The position numbers and the translations under genes were made by a program. Below, one piece after another: positions 10,601 through 18,798 of a stretch of DNA of 42,085 bases; within the stretch, counting starts at the first letter, position 1, and each line of letters begins with the position of its first letter. This DNA is from an uncultured bacterium (GTDB taxonomy: Bacteria; Lernaellota; Lernaellaia; Lernaellales; Lernaellaceae), in the NCBI GenBank assembly GCA_964534375.1, contig CAZHPN010000030.1, positions 1-42,085 on the forward strand, given 5' to 3'. The notes beneath the pieces were generated by a model. The model did no database searches, was not told the origin of the DNA, and saw nothing but the letters and a program-made list of their open reading frames with translations.

Positions 10601-10961
10601 GCAACTCGCCTTTGTTCAAATAGTATTTGTTGACCAGGTCGGGGTCTTCGAAATACACGCCGGAGTCGAGGATCGCGATCACCACCTTCGGCGAACCCGT
10701 CGTCACCTGCCACGCCCGATCGGCCGAAACGCCGGAGCCGAGCGCAATCTCGGCCTGCCGAATCGTCGGCAAGCATTGCTCCGGAATATAGGAAAACAGG
10801 TTCCACTGATTCGGGAAATTCGGGTCGTCCGGCGGCTCGAGCTGCGGGTTGTCGTTCGGCCCGTTCGGCCAATTCGGATTGGCCGCCGCCGCCAGTCCGC
10901 AAAGCGCGAGAACAACCGCCGCGGCCAAAACCGCGCAAACAAACCATTGTTGCGTACGCAT
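7650..10961 (-). CDS. Secreted S8 (subtilisin-like) serine peptidase with FG-GAP/VCBS repeats, Asp-rich linker and terminal GGCGC
   Basis: Signal peptide; VVIAILDSG (Asp), GHGT (His), GCCSSCAT (probable Ser); repeated xDLxGDG and GWP/GFP motifs; alternative start at 10976. Confidence 0.85.
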   Translation of the reverse strand: MRTQQWFVCAVLAAAVVLALCGLAAAANPNWPNGPNDNPQLEPPDDPNFPNQWNLFSYIPEQCLPTIRQAEIALGSGVSADRAWQVTTGSPKVVIAILDSGVYFEDPDLVNKYYLNKGELPQPMNGDQLCPNWDCNGSGVFNVQQYANDPRVFDANGNGILDPGDLILIFSDGIDNDHNGYIDDICGWDFFRNTNYPEDETRFGHGTQESEIAAAQTNNGIGGAGVCPNCLLLPVRVGDTFVADANRFAQGVVFATDSGASVISEALGTVNNTPFARAAVEYALSHNVAISASAADENAFHHNYPANYSRTITVNNLLYDLPMPNTTSFMALDACTNWGSKITVDGSSGCCSSCATAVVGGGLGLIYSRAIETGLNPPLTADEVFSIVAASATDVYLPEAAYEWWKYRTLPGWDKYTGHGRFNARAAVDMVTPTTIPPEAYIDSPGWFELVNPASGSAAIVGYVNARRASSFSYKLEAQGGVDPDPSSWTLFGHAENLTAPVHGVLGKIASARLRGTKAVSDDVTGEHAALVRLTVTDSRGNTTEYYHQFFFYSDPDWAPGFPIDLGASGEAPLTMADLAGDGVFALIVAAGDGAIHAFRAGGQEMPGWPQYVDLVAGQDPAGPNYLNSAAYRSGQMPSAWRQGVVGAPAVGDLDGTGEMSVVVGTLGGELYAWRADGELRAGFPVAMDPAHLDPTMRLDTGFFGAPLLTDLEGDGKFDIVAAGMDQYVYAWRGDGSAVAGWPVLCRDPSGNDGARIAATPAAANLFGDGRYEILVGTNEVYGNTGRVYALWPDGNGHAGGPFLPGWPIDVYGYNLNTLPILATGVSTSVTTADFAGDGKDRIVTHAGVAPPVIYDADGSIVHVMCPWIRSPHSGSVEPIMIPLDANVAIADLEGDGRLAIIEAGPGIREGIQLAITGLRIPADMLIGAWTADDGAGLTYFPRILEDNVFLGSSAVADITGDGRPSVIAGSGGYFLHAYNALGVEPAGWPKFTGGWLMGTAVVGDMDGDGLLEVAAATREGGLFVWKTKGRADGDIQWPSYQHDAQHSGNYGWPLPHQAGPDDDDNDDNDNDDDNDDDDNDNDDASPPAPPAAHASGKGGCGC

Positions 10962-11101
10962 GCGATGCTCCCCCATTGCATGAGCAAACAGCAGATGTGT
11001 TTACTGGAAATATCCCGCGATGTCCAGCGGCAGGCGAGGCTGTGATTTTTTGCGCCGAAGCGTCTTGAGGCTGATGGAAGCCTGCTTCCCGGCGGACAGG
11101 G

Positions 11102-11220
11102 CGCGGAAGGAACTGCTGCGCGACCTGCCGGCCATCGTGGCGCGGGAAGCTGAAATAACCATCCTTCTGTTTCTTCTGCGGATGCTCGCCGAAGTGAAGA
11201 GGTGGGCGGCGGCGGATTAG
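11102..11220 (+). repeat. Dispersed repeat R, copy 1 (no terminator part)
   Basis: Encodes RKELLRDLPAIVAREAEITILLFLLRMLAEVKRWAAAD*; homologous to copies at 11838, 13795 and 17207. Confidence 0.85.
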
Positions 11221-11474
11221 TCTCCGGCGCGAAGCCCGACCGGCGACGGCGTCTGCTGCCGGAACTCTTCCCGCGGCAACCCGGATTGTCGGATGATGGA
11301 TTGCAGGGTTCCGACGCGTAATTCTTTGTGATTTGGAATGGGAATCGTGACCGCGCCTTCGTCCTAGATTTTTTGCATGAGGATGTGGCTGCCGCGGCGC
11401 CGCACTTCGCGAAAACCATGACGCGCCAGAAGCTTGCAAAGCTCTTCGCCGGAAAAGACGCGAAGCCTAACCAA
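11217..11474 (-). pseudogene. hicA: HicA-family toxin interrupted by an in-frame TAG
   Basis: TTG start with GGAG RBS overlapping the hicB end; MVRLRVFSGEELCKLLARHGFREVRRRGSHILMQKI*DEGAVTIPIPNHKELRVGTLQSIIRQSGLPREEF; TAG at 11364-11366. Confidence 0.88.
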
Positions 11475-11682
11475 CGGCGATCTCCAGTTGCGTAACGAAA
11501 ACCTCGCGATGCAAACGCCGTTCGAGTTCGGACGGCGGCGCCGCCTCGAAGAAAAGCTCCAGCGCCTCGCGTAGGTTATCGCGCGCCTCCTCGATCGTGC
11601 CGCCCTGGCTGGCGATATCCAATTCCGGGCACAACGCCACGTAGCCGTCGCCCTCTTGCTCAATGATTGCGGTCAATCTCAT
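11467..11682 (-). CDS. hicB: HicB-family antitoxin (short form)
   Basis: MRLTAIIEQEGDGYVALCPELDIASQGGTIEEARDNLREALELF; GGAGG RBS before ATG 11682. Confidence 0.92.
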   Translation of the reverse strand: MRLTAIIEQEGDGYVALCPELDIASQGGTIEEARDNLREALELFFEAAPPSELERRLHREVFVTQLEIAVG

Positions 11683-11837
11683 GGCACACCTCCCAACGGC
11701 CCAGCGCCTACCGTAGGGCGACCGGCCCGCCGCGTCAAGAAGCCGCAACCTGTCGATCCTGCCCCAATTACGGCTTTGCTGCTCTCCTCAGTTCGCGGCC
11801 ACCGGGCGGCGTCCACTGGTGCAGATGCCTGAGCGAC

Positions 11838-11862
11838 AAAAAAGGGGCCAGCGCTTCGGCCC
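11838..11862 (-). terminator. Rho-independent terminator within repeat R
   Basis: Minus strand GGGCC-GAAGCGCT-GGCCC followed by C and TTTTTT. Confidence 0.65.
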
Positions 11863-11989
11863 AGCGGCGAACCGGCGTCTGCCGCAGGAACTGTCGCACG
11901 ATCCGCTGCCGCTGGTGGCGCGGGAAGATGAAATGCCCATCCGGCTGCGGCTGGGGATGCTCGCCGAAATGAGGAAGTGGGCGGATTGA
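11838..11989 (+). repeat. Dispersed repeat R, copy 2 (includes minus-strand terminator hairpin)
   Basis: AAAAAAGGGGCCAGCGCTTCGGCCCAGCGGCG followed by a frame encoding QELSHDPLPLVAREDEMPIRLRLGMLAEMRKWAD*. Confidence 0.9.
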
Positions 11990-12068
11990 ATCGCCGCGCA
12001 CGATTCGCGTTGCGATCACGTGGGCTGCGGGTGATCGCGGGGGAATAACTCCCTCACCCGCGCCGCGG

Positions 12069-13634
12069 TCACTGCGGCGGGCCGTAGTGGAGGATCGCGC
12101 CGCCGTCGCCGACCGCGAACACATCCGAGGCGGAACTGCCCCAAACGCCGTTCAAGTTTGCCGCCGCGCCGTTCGGCATCGGCGTCCACGCCACGCCGTC
12201 GTAATGCAAGATCACGGGGCCGGCGGCGTTCGCGCCCACGGCGAACACATCCGTTGCGGAACTTCCCCAAACGCCGTTCAAGTTCGCTGCGACGCCGGGC
12301 GGCATCCGTGACCACGAGGAGCCGTCGTAGTGCACCGTCGTACTGCCGTAGTTGCCCACGGCGAACACGTCCGACGCAGAGCTTCCCCAAACCGCTCGCA
12401 AGTCCCACGTCGTGCCCGCCATCGGCGACCACGACGAACCGTCGAAATGCATAATCACCGGTCCCGAGAAGCCAAAGTTACCCGGATTCGTGTTGCTTCC
12501 CACCGCGAACACGTCGGACGCGGAACTTCCCCAGACGCCGTACATCTCCGCCGCAGCCTGGGTCATCATCGCCGACCACGAGGAACCGTCGTAGTTCACG
12601 ATTACGCCGCCGTCGTAAGGCGTGGACAGCCCGACCGCGAATACATTCGAGGAGGAAGTCCCCCAAACGCCGTTCAACCCCTCTCCCCAAACGCTCGCCA
12701 TCGCCGACCACGAGGAACCGTCATAGCGCAAGATCAGATTCGTTCCCGTCGAAGTCCCCGCGGCAAACACATCCGACGAAGAGCTTCCCCAGACGGCGGC
12801 CAACGCCGCCGCCGCACTGTTCCACATTGGCGACCACGAAGAACCGTCGTAGTGCAAGATCACGCTCGTTGCCACGGCGAATACGTCCGAGGAAGAGCTT
12901 CCCCAAATGCCGGTCAAATCCACGGTCGTCCCGCTCGTCATCGGCAACCAGGAAGGCGCGCTGTCGTCGTTGTCGTCGTCATCGTCGTCGATCGTCCGTA
13001 CGCAGCGTACGCAGAAGCTGAACATTGCGGAAGTCCCGCCGACGCTGCCGGTCGTGAAATCGACGAACCAGGCCCAGAGTGATTCGCCGCCCCAAAGAAA
13101 AGACGAGGACGACCAATAAATATTCACGTTGCCCGTGACTTCGGGCGGCCAATAGGCGCCGCCCGGCCCCGGACCGCCGTGAGTGGTGCCGCTTCCCCGG
13201 AGCAAACTGGCGAGCTCGTTGATGTCCGGCAACTGCCAATCGCTGTAACCGTCCCAAGTCAGGCCCGCACAGTAACCAAACCCACCCCCCGGGTCATAGA
13301 GGTTTGCCCCGACCGCGGCGCCGTTCTGCCACATCAAGCCCGTTGTGGGGTCGGTCCAAACCGTTTCAACAGTGTCGTTGTCGTCGTTGTCGTCGTTGTC
13401 GTCATTGTCGTTGTCGTTGTCGTCGTTGTCGTTGTCGTTGTCGTCGTTGTCGTTGTCGTCATTGTCGTCGTCGTCCGCGGCCGGCTTCGTGTCGTCGTCG
13501 GCCGCAGTGTGATCGTCGTCGCCCGCGTGGTGATCCGGCGCGCAGGCGGCCAGGTATCCAAGCAGGGCTAGAACGAACAGAAAGGCCACGAAGCCGGACG
13601 GGCAGCGCCGCAAAACCACAGTTCCATTCGTCAT
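12069..13634 (-). CDS. Lipoprotein: Asp-rich linker, DUF1566 (Lcl/CLec) domain, seven VWGSSxxDVFAVG repeats (probable beta-propeller)
   Basis: Lipobox LAAC; WTDPTTGLMWQ...DWQLPDINEL...YWSSS...VRCVR; seven WG(S/T)S..(D/N)VFA repeats with ILHYDG. Confidence 0.85.
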   Translation of the reverse strand: MTNGTVVLRRCPSGFVAFLFVLALLGYLAACAPDHHAGDDDHTAADDDTKPAADDDDNDDNDNDDNDNDNDDNDNDNDDNDDNDDNDTVETVWTDPTTGLMWQNGAAVGANLYDPGGGFGYCAGLTWDGYSDWQLPDINELASLLRGSGTTHGGPGPGGAYWPPEVTGNVNIYWSSSSFLWGGESLWAWFVDFTTGSVGGTSAMFSFCVRCVRTIDDDDDDNDDSAPSWLPMTSGTTVDLTGIWGSSSSDVFAVATSVILHYDGSSWSPMWNSAAAALAAVWGSSSSDVFAAGTSTGTNLILRYDGSSWSAMASVWGEGLNGVWGTSSSNVFAVGLSTPYDGGVIVNYDGSSWSAMMTQAAAEMYGVWGSSASDVFAVGSNTNPGNFGFSGPVIMHFDGSSWSPMAGTTWDLRAVWGSSASDVFAVGNYGSTTVHYDGSSWSRMPPGVAANLNGVWGSSATDVFAVGANAAGPVILHYDGVAWTPMPNGAAANLNGVWGSSASDVFAVGDGGAILHYGPPQ

Positions 13635-13794
13635 GACGGACTCCCACGGGCGATCATCGTCCGTTTTTTCGTTTTCGTTTTGGTCGCCAGCCGCAACATT
13701 CGGCGAGGCGACGTTTGGCGATGGTCCGCCCGCTCGACGGCGAAGTCAACGGCGGCGGCGCGACCGGTGTGCGGCGGGTCCACAAGGCGAAAAG

Positions 13795-13954
13795 AAAAAA
13801 AAGAGGCAGCACTTCGGCCCCAGCGGCGAGCCGGCGTCTGCGGAAGACACTGCGGCATGTCCTGCTGGCCCTGGTGGCGCGAGAAGACGAAAAAACGATC
13901 CGGCTGCTGCTGGGAATGCTCTCCGAAGTCAGGAAGTGGGCGGAGGGGGATTAG
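13795..13954 (+). repeat. Dispersed repeat R, copy 3
   Basis: A-run, GAGGCAGCACTTCGGCCCCAGCGGCG, then LRKTLRHVLLALVAREDEKTIRLLLGMLSEVRKWAEGD*. Confidence 0.9.
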
Positions 13955-14118
13955 CTTCCGAGCCGGTGGCTCAACGCAAAGAAATCGTTGTCCTTGGGTA
14001 CGGCATATTTTTTTCTTGTGGGCAGATTCGTTCAAATCTTACAGAATTTCCCCGTCTCAGATCATGAACGTTGGGAGCGCGGACATACGCACCAAAGCGA
14101 ACCTGTATGCGGCAAAAC

Positions 14119-14904
14119 CTAATTTACGAGATCGTCGACAATTTCGAGTATCCGGCAATCGCCGCGACCATTGCCGCGGCAGTTGTTGTTTTCCAAGATC
14201 AGGCGCGAGGGCGATATATAACTGATGCCGTAGCCTTCGTTGTAGTTGCATTCGTTGCCGAGCGCCTTGCCGCCTTTTGCCTGGAATGAATATCGTATTC
14301 CGTCCAGCCGATTTCGTTCGCAGAAATTCTTTTCCAGTTCCGGGACGGCGTTGTAATTCACTTCTATGCCGTATCTTTCGTTGCGGCAGCAAATGTTGTC
14401 CCTCGCCGTCCCGCCGGCCTCTTGTTCATAAAGTATGGCAGTCCGATTGTGCAGCAGCTTGTTGTTCACCAGTTCCGGTCGAGCCCGATCCGTGACCGTT
14501 ATTGCCTTATCCGACCGGCGAACATCGCAATCGGCAACTGTTCCTGTCAGCGAACCGCCGAGCACTAAGGTGCGAGCGCCCTCGATTATCCCGTTCAAAT
14601 AAAGGGGATGGGTCCTCTCATAAAAGTTGCAGCCGGATATGTCGATGCGCCCGTTCCTAATCTCGACCAGGGCCCCGGCGATCCCCTCCGGACGGCTGAT
14701 GTTGACATCACGGATGACAAGCTGATCCTGACTCTTCAATTCAAAGCACATGGCGCAATCCAAAAGCGATTTCCCGCGCACGCCGATCAATGAAAGCGGC
14801 TTGTCGATCGTCAAGCGCTCATTGATCGAGTAGTGCCCTTGCAAATGGATTATCGTGTCAGGCTTGGCCTCTATTATCTGCCTGCGAAGATACTCGCCCA
14901 ACAA
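14119..14904 (-). CDS. Right-handed parallel beta-helix repeat protein
   Basis: LTIDKPLSLIG and repeated N.C..N...GI units; TTG start uncertain; lower GC than flanks. Confidence 0.75.
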   Translation of the reverse strand: MLGEYLRRQIIEAKPDTIIHLQGHYSINERLTIDKPLSLIGVRGKSLLDCAMCFELKSQDQLVIRDVNISRPEGIAGALVEIRNGRIDISGCNFYERTHPLYLNGIIEGARTLVLGGSLTGTVADCDVRRSDKAITVTDRARPELVNNKLLHNRTAILYEQEAGGTARDNICCRNERYGIEVNYNAVPELEKNFCERNRLDGIRYSFQAKGGKALGNECNYNEGYGISYISPSRLILENNNCRGNGRGDCRILEIVDDLVN

Positions 14905-14930
14905 TTTCTCGGCCCCTTCCGGCGCCCTGG

Positions 14931-14990
14931 TTCAGCCTGAAATGGGCTGAAGTCTTTTTTTGCTATGCAGAGGCCCATGCCTCCGCACCG
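14931..14990 (-). promoter_or_regulatory. Conserved leader motif B, copy a (structured RNA or promoter)
   Basis: Near-identical to 19684-19745; both end about 27-31 nt upstream of minus-strand starts. Confidence 0.55.
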
Positions 14991-15051
14991 GCATTTTTCG
15001 TTCTTCGAGCATGGGCCCAGCAGAGCCCGCCGCCGGTTCGCCCGGCGACCA

Positions 15052-15477
15052 TCAGTCCACCACCGCCGGAACGTTCGTGTCAAGACCGTGGCGGCGGTGC
15101 CGACGAACTTCCCGCGCCGCTCTTCCGCCGGCGCCCCGACGAACGTTCGCGCCTCGCGATCGCGGAAGTGCGGGGGAAATAGCGCTGGTCGTTTCTGTCA
15201 TTGCAAATAACGTTGTGAGTGAGCCGATGCGCCACGTGGTAGTTGTCTTGCTGGCCGCCGCCTGCTCGCGAGCCTTGCTGGCCTTGAGCAGCTTGGCGAT
15301 GGCGGGGCCGAGGACTTTGGCTCGCTCTGGAAAGCGGCACAAGCCTTCGCGCAGCAGCGGCACGAGCGCGTAGTCGCCGGCGGCAAGGATTTCGGCCAAA
15401 GCTGCGGTAAACACTTCAGCGTCGGCAGAGAAAAAGCGCGTCAAGTTCCGCGAGGTCCGACAGCGTCATTGGAGACA
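15052..15477 (-). pseudogene. Hypothetical helical protein with a +1 frameshift in a T5 run
   Basis: MSPMTLSDLAELDALF continues as SADAEVFTAALAEILAAG if one T is removed near 15431-15435; AAGGAG/GGGG RBS upstream. Confidence 0.45.
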
Positions 15478-15639
15478 TTTCCCCGTGCTCCTTTTTGAAT
15501 AGCGGGCAACGGAGGCGTCGGCGATGAGGATGGCGGAGTAGAAACAAGCCGATCCGGCATCCTGTTGGGCGAGGACGAACGAAACGCAGGCGATGAGCGC
15601 GCCATATGCCGGTAGCGAGAGAAAGCTCTTGTTGCGCAT
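15466..15639 (-). CDS. Small hydrophobic hypothetical protein (57 aa)
   Basis: Strong GGAGGAGG RBS before ATG 15639; MRNKSFLSLPAYGALIACVSFVLA... Confidence 0.5.
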   Translation of the reverse strand: MRNKSFLSLPAYGALIACVSFVLAQQDAGSACFYSAILIADASVARYSKRSTGKCLQ

Positions 15640-15660
15640 GGCCAACCTCCTCCAAGGCAA

Positions 15661-15710
15661 GACCGTCCCGCCTTCCGTTGAAAGCTCTGAAGAGGCGATT
15701 ATTGATTTCA
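15661..15710 (-). promoter_or_regulatory. Conserved upstream motif C, copy a
   Basis: Reverse complement aligns ungapped with 17381-17430 at 37/50 positions; each precedes a gene start. Confidence 0.5.
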
Positions 15711-16048
15711 TCGTCATGCCGCACGAATCCGGCTGTCAAGCGCGACGCCGCGGCCTATTCCAGGAACGCGGCGGCGGCACAACGCAGCACCGTGTTGCCG
15801 TCGCGCCAACGGCTGACGCGCCCCGCGCATTGCAGCACACCCTCATTGGGACTTTCGATCACATTGGCCGTAATCGTCGGGTCTGTTGGCGCTCGTCGTT
15901 GGTGGCGGTGAACACGATCTCGGAAAAGTATTTTGGCCCGACCATGCCCTCGATTCACCACGCCACGCGGGGCTTCTTATTTTTTTCGCCGTCTGCTAAG
16001 ATAAAAATCGGGCTGCCCGAAAGGCGGCCCGGTGGGGCACGGACGAAC

Positions 16049-16189
16049 ATGAGCATTCTCTTTTTTATGAAAAACGCGTTTTGGTTTTGGCTCGCTGGGC
16101 AGGTAGTAACCTTTTTGATAAGTGAAGACTTAGGAGCCCTCTATTTTCTGATCAGCGTGACCGTCCTTGGCTATCTTCTACTTTTTTAA
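16049..16189 (+). CDS. Small two-TM membrane peptide (46 aa)
   Basis: MSILFFMKNAFWFWLAGQVVTFLISEDLGALYFLISVTVLGYLLLF; AT-rich; start uncertain. Confidence 0.4.
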   Translation: MSILFFMKNAFWFWLAGQVVTFLISEDLGALYFLISVTVLGYLLLF

Positions 16190-16313
16190 CCTTCCGGTGT
16201 GATGCCTCGATCGAAAACGGACTGTCAAGCGGTTTGACTGTTTCGAGTTATTCCGCTTGAATTGCGGTCTCCTCTCCACGCCGTCATGGCGCACAATCAC
16301 CAAAGCACCAATT

Positions 16314-17111
16314 TCACGGTCGGCTACCCCGCACACAACGCGCATGGCTGTCGACGGGGCTGTAGCCGACGAAGCCGGAGTCGAAATCGACGCCCCACAC
16401 TCCGGCCCGGTCCGAAACCGACGAGGACGAATAATACCAGGCACCTTCCCCCGTAAGCTCGGATGGCCAATACTCGCCGCCCACAGCAGGACCGCCATCG
16501 GCTGAACAACCGCCGCACCCGATTTTTTTTGCGAAGGACATGCAATCGTTGTTCAAACACGAGTCCGTTACGCCACAGGAACCGCCCTCCTTTGTCGCCG
16601 GACAGCCTCGAATCAAGCTCCGAAGCTCGGAGATCGTCGGTAGACGCCAGTCATTGTAGCCACCCAATCTCAGGCCCACGCAATGCGATTTCGCCGCCGA
16701 CCAACTCATCGCTCCGCCGGTCTGTACCACCTGCCACATCAAATCCGATTGCGGGTCCGTCCATGTGCCATGAGGCGAGCGCGCGCGCGGAAGTGATTTG
16801 GCCTTGGTCGTCGGTGCTGACGCGCCGCCGCATTGCAAACGCGCCAGTAAATCGGCCGCTTTCTTGGCATAGGGCGAATTCGGGTACGCCGCTATCACGC
16901 CTTTCAGCACATCGATGGCTGCGGGCACGTCGCCTTCCACAACCAATGCGGCCCCACGCTCGTAAAGCATCTTCGCCGGGTCGGTGGGCGCTGCGGGCGG
17001 CGGCGGGCTCGACCCTTCGTCGGCTGCGCGCGCCCGGAACCGCGCGCCGAGCACGAGCGTCATCGCCGAAACGACCAAAAGCGCGACCAGCAAAGTTCTG
17101 TACTTATTCAT
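16314..17111 (-). CDS. Secreted protein with a TPR-like helix pair and C-terminal DUF1566 (Lcl/CLec) domain
   Basis: Signal peptide, GGGAGG RBS; LYERG...VIAAYPNSPYAKKA; WTDPQSDLMWQ, DWRLPTISELRSL, ARCVR. Confidence 0.85.
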   Translation of the reverse strand: MNKYRTLLVALLVVSAMTLVLGARFRARAADEGSSPPPPAAPTDPAKMLYERGAALVVEGDVPAAIDVLKGVIAAYPNSPYAKKAADLLARLQCGGASAPTTKAKSLPRARSPHGTWTDPQSDLMWQVVQTGGAMSWSAAKSHCVGLRLGGYNDWRLPTISELRSLIRGCPATKEGGSCGVTDSCLNNDCMSFAKKIGCGGCSADGGPAVGGEYWPSELTGEGAWYYSSSSVSDRAGVWGVDFDSGFVGYSPVDSHARCVRGSRP

Positions 17112-17206
17112 TACGGTCCTCCCGTTTGTATCGGCTCCCCATGGAAATGCGCTTGTATCGTCCCGCTCTCAATTCGGGTTGTCAACAAGTCTTACAAAGC
17201 CAATTC

Positions 17207-17346
17207 CTTCGGCCCAGCGGCGAGCATGGCATCCGCGGAACGAACTGCTGCACGACCTGCTGGCCCTGGTGGCGCGGGAGGATGAGAAGAACGTCCGGCT
17301 GCTGCGGGGGACGCTCGCCGAAGTGAAGAGGTGGGGGGGGGGGGAC
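17207..17346 (+). repeat. Dispersed repeat R, copy 4 (ends in a G12 tract)
   Basis: CTTCGGCCCAGCGGCG then PRNELLHDLLALVAREDEKNVRLLRGTLAEVKRWGGG. Confidence 0.9.
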
Positions 17347-17380
17347 GACCGTTGGCAGCCAGGACCGGGTTGCGTAAGTG

Positions 17381-17430
17381 TGAAGTCAACAACCGCCTTT
17401 CCAGAACTTTCAACTGAGTTTGGGACAGGC
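17381..17430 (+). promoter_or_regulatory. Conserved upstream motif C, copy b
   Basis: TGAAGTCAACAACCGCCTTTCCAGAACTTTCAAC..., homologous to 15661-15710 (minus strand). Confidence 0.5.
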
Positions 17431-17439
17431 TCGGGCTCG

Positions 17440-18610
17440 ATGGAAATGACGCCGCCGGATGTCGATGCGATCTTATCGCGAAGAAAACGCGAAATCGATA
17501 CTCTGGTGCGGGATTTTTTGCATGCGATCAGGACCGGCCAAAGGCCGGTGATTCCGTCGCAGCGTAACAAGGCCCGGAAAGTCGCATGGGAGTTGGCCGA
17601 CGCGCGTCGGGCGATGGCCGCGGAAGTCGAGGTCTTGGCGCAATTTGGCTCGGCACGGCGAATTCAGGGACGACGAAGACCGCCAACGCCTCACCCGACT
17701 TGCGCTGGCGGTTTATTGGCTGGGTGCCGTCGAACGCTGGACGCGATTTGCGCTGCGGTCGAACAACGCCGGCCTCGTTTCCTTTGTGCAAGTCACTGGG
17801 CAGGAGATCGCCGAAGTCCTATCCGAGGGCTATTACCATGGACCAACGGACTCCATCGTCAAGGCATTCCTCGATAGAGAACCTGTATTTAAGGCCTGCG
17901 CTATCGCCTGTGGCGAAGAACTGTTGACGTTTGAGCAGGCGTTCAAACAAAATAAAGGGAAAGTCGCTGCCATGGTTGGTTTAACACGCTCGCCGAGGGC
18001 CGAAGAAAAACCGGCGAACCGCACCGACGCGCCGTGCCCCGCAAACCAAATGCAGGAATCCGAATCGCGGTCTGATTTCGCGCCCAGCAAGACGACTGTA
18101 AAACCGGCGAAAGATTTGCCTAGAATAGATAAAAGGTTGCCGCGGGGAGAAAATTCATTATTGTCTTTGCCGGCGATCTCGGGCTCAAAGGCCTTCGATA
18201 TTAGGATCTCTGCAAGCGGTGACTCCACGACTCTTACTGTCCTTTTCCCCGGTGAAGAAATAATCGCCGAAGCGGGAACGGATTTGGGCGTCAAGTTGAT
18301 ATCTCCCAGCGGAACGGTTCGCGGCTATGTCATCCCCTATTTGGGGCGCTACGGAAAGCCCGCCGAATACCATTTGGCGACTCCTTACTCGGGGACCATC
18401 TTGACCATTAAGAGAACCGACGAAGGGGACGTGATTTTGAATGTCGAAGGCGCCGATTTGACAACGGCGACACGCGAAATTGATGGCGCAAACCCCTATC
18501 TCACAATTTACAAATCGAATGGGAAAGTAATCGGATATGGATTTGATGATTTTTTGGATATTATAAACGGAAAATTTTGCGATGTATTCCTCCAGTTGGA
18601 AAAAAGATGA
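17440..18610 (+). pseudogene. Hypothetical protein, apparently frameshifted near 17644
   Basis: MEMTPPDVDAIL...EVLAQ joins LARHGEFRDDEDRQ...QLEKR* (ORF 17645-18610) if one T of CAATTTGG is removed; lower GC. Confidence 0.5.
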
Positions 18611-18798
18611 CGCATTTGCTTTTCGGCTGACCCGCGTGGCCGCTGTCGCCGTTTGACGATGGTTCATTATCAACGCCGACATTTCGTTTCTTGCTGAATT
18701 CTTCACCGCGGCCTTCATGTGAACCGGCAGTTCCAGCGCCTTTTCATAAATCAGCAAATATTTCGAAGAATCACACCGCCAATTTGACGGTCGGCCGA

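Noticed and set aside
7425..11045. 1206-aa plus-strand ORF
   Set aside because: Antisense shadow of the S8 peptidase; no recognisable motifs
13376..13520. GAC/AAC-rich tract as a DGR template repeat
   Set aside because: It is the in-frame Asp/Asn linker of a lipoprotein and has no similarity to the DUF1566 C-terminal scaffold
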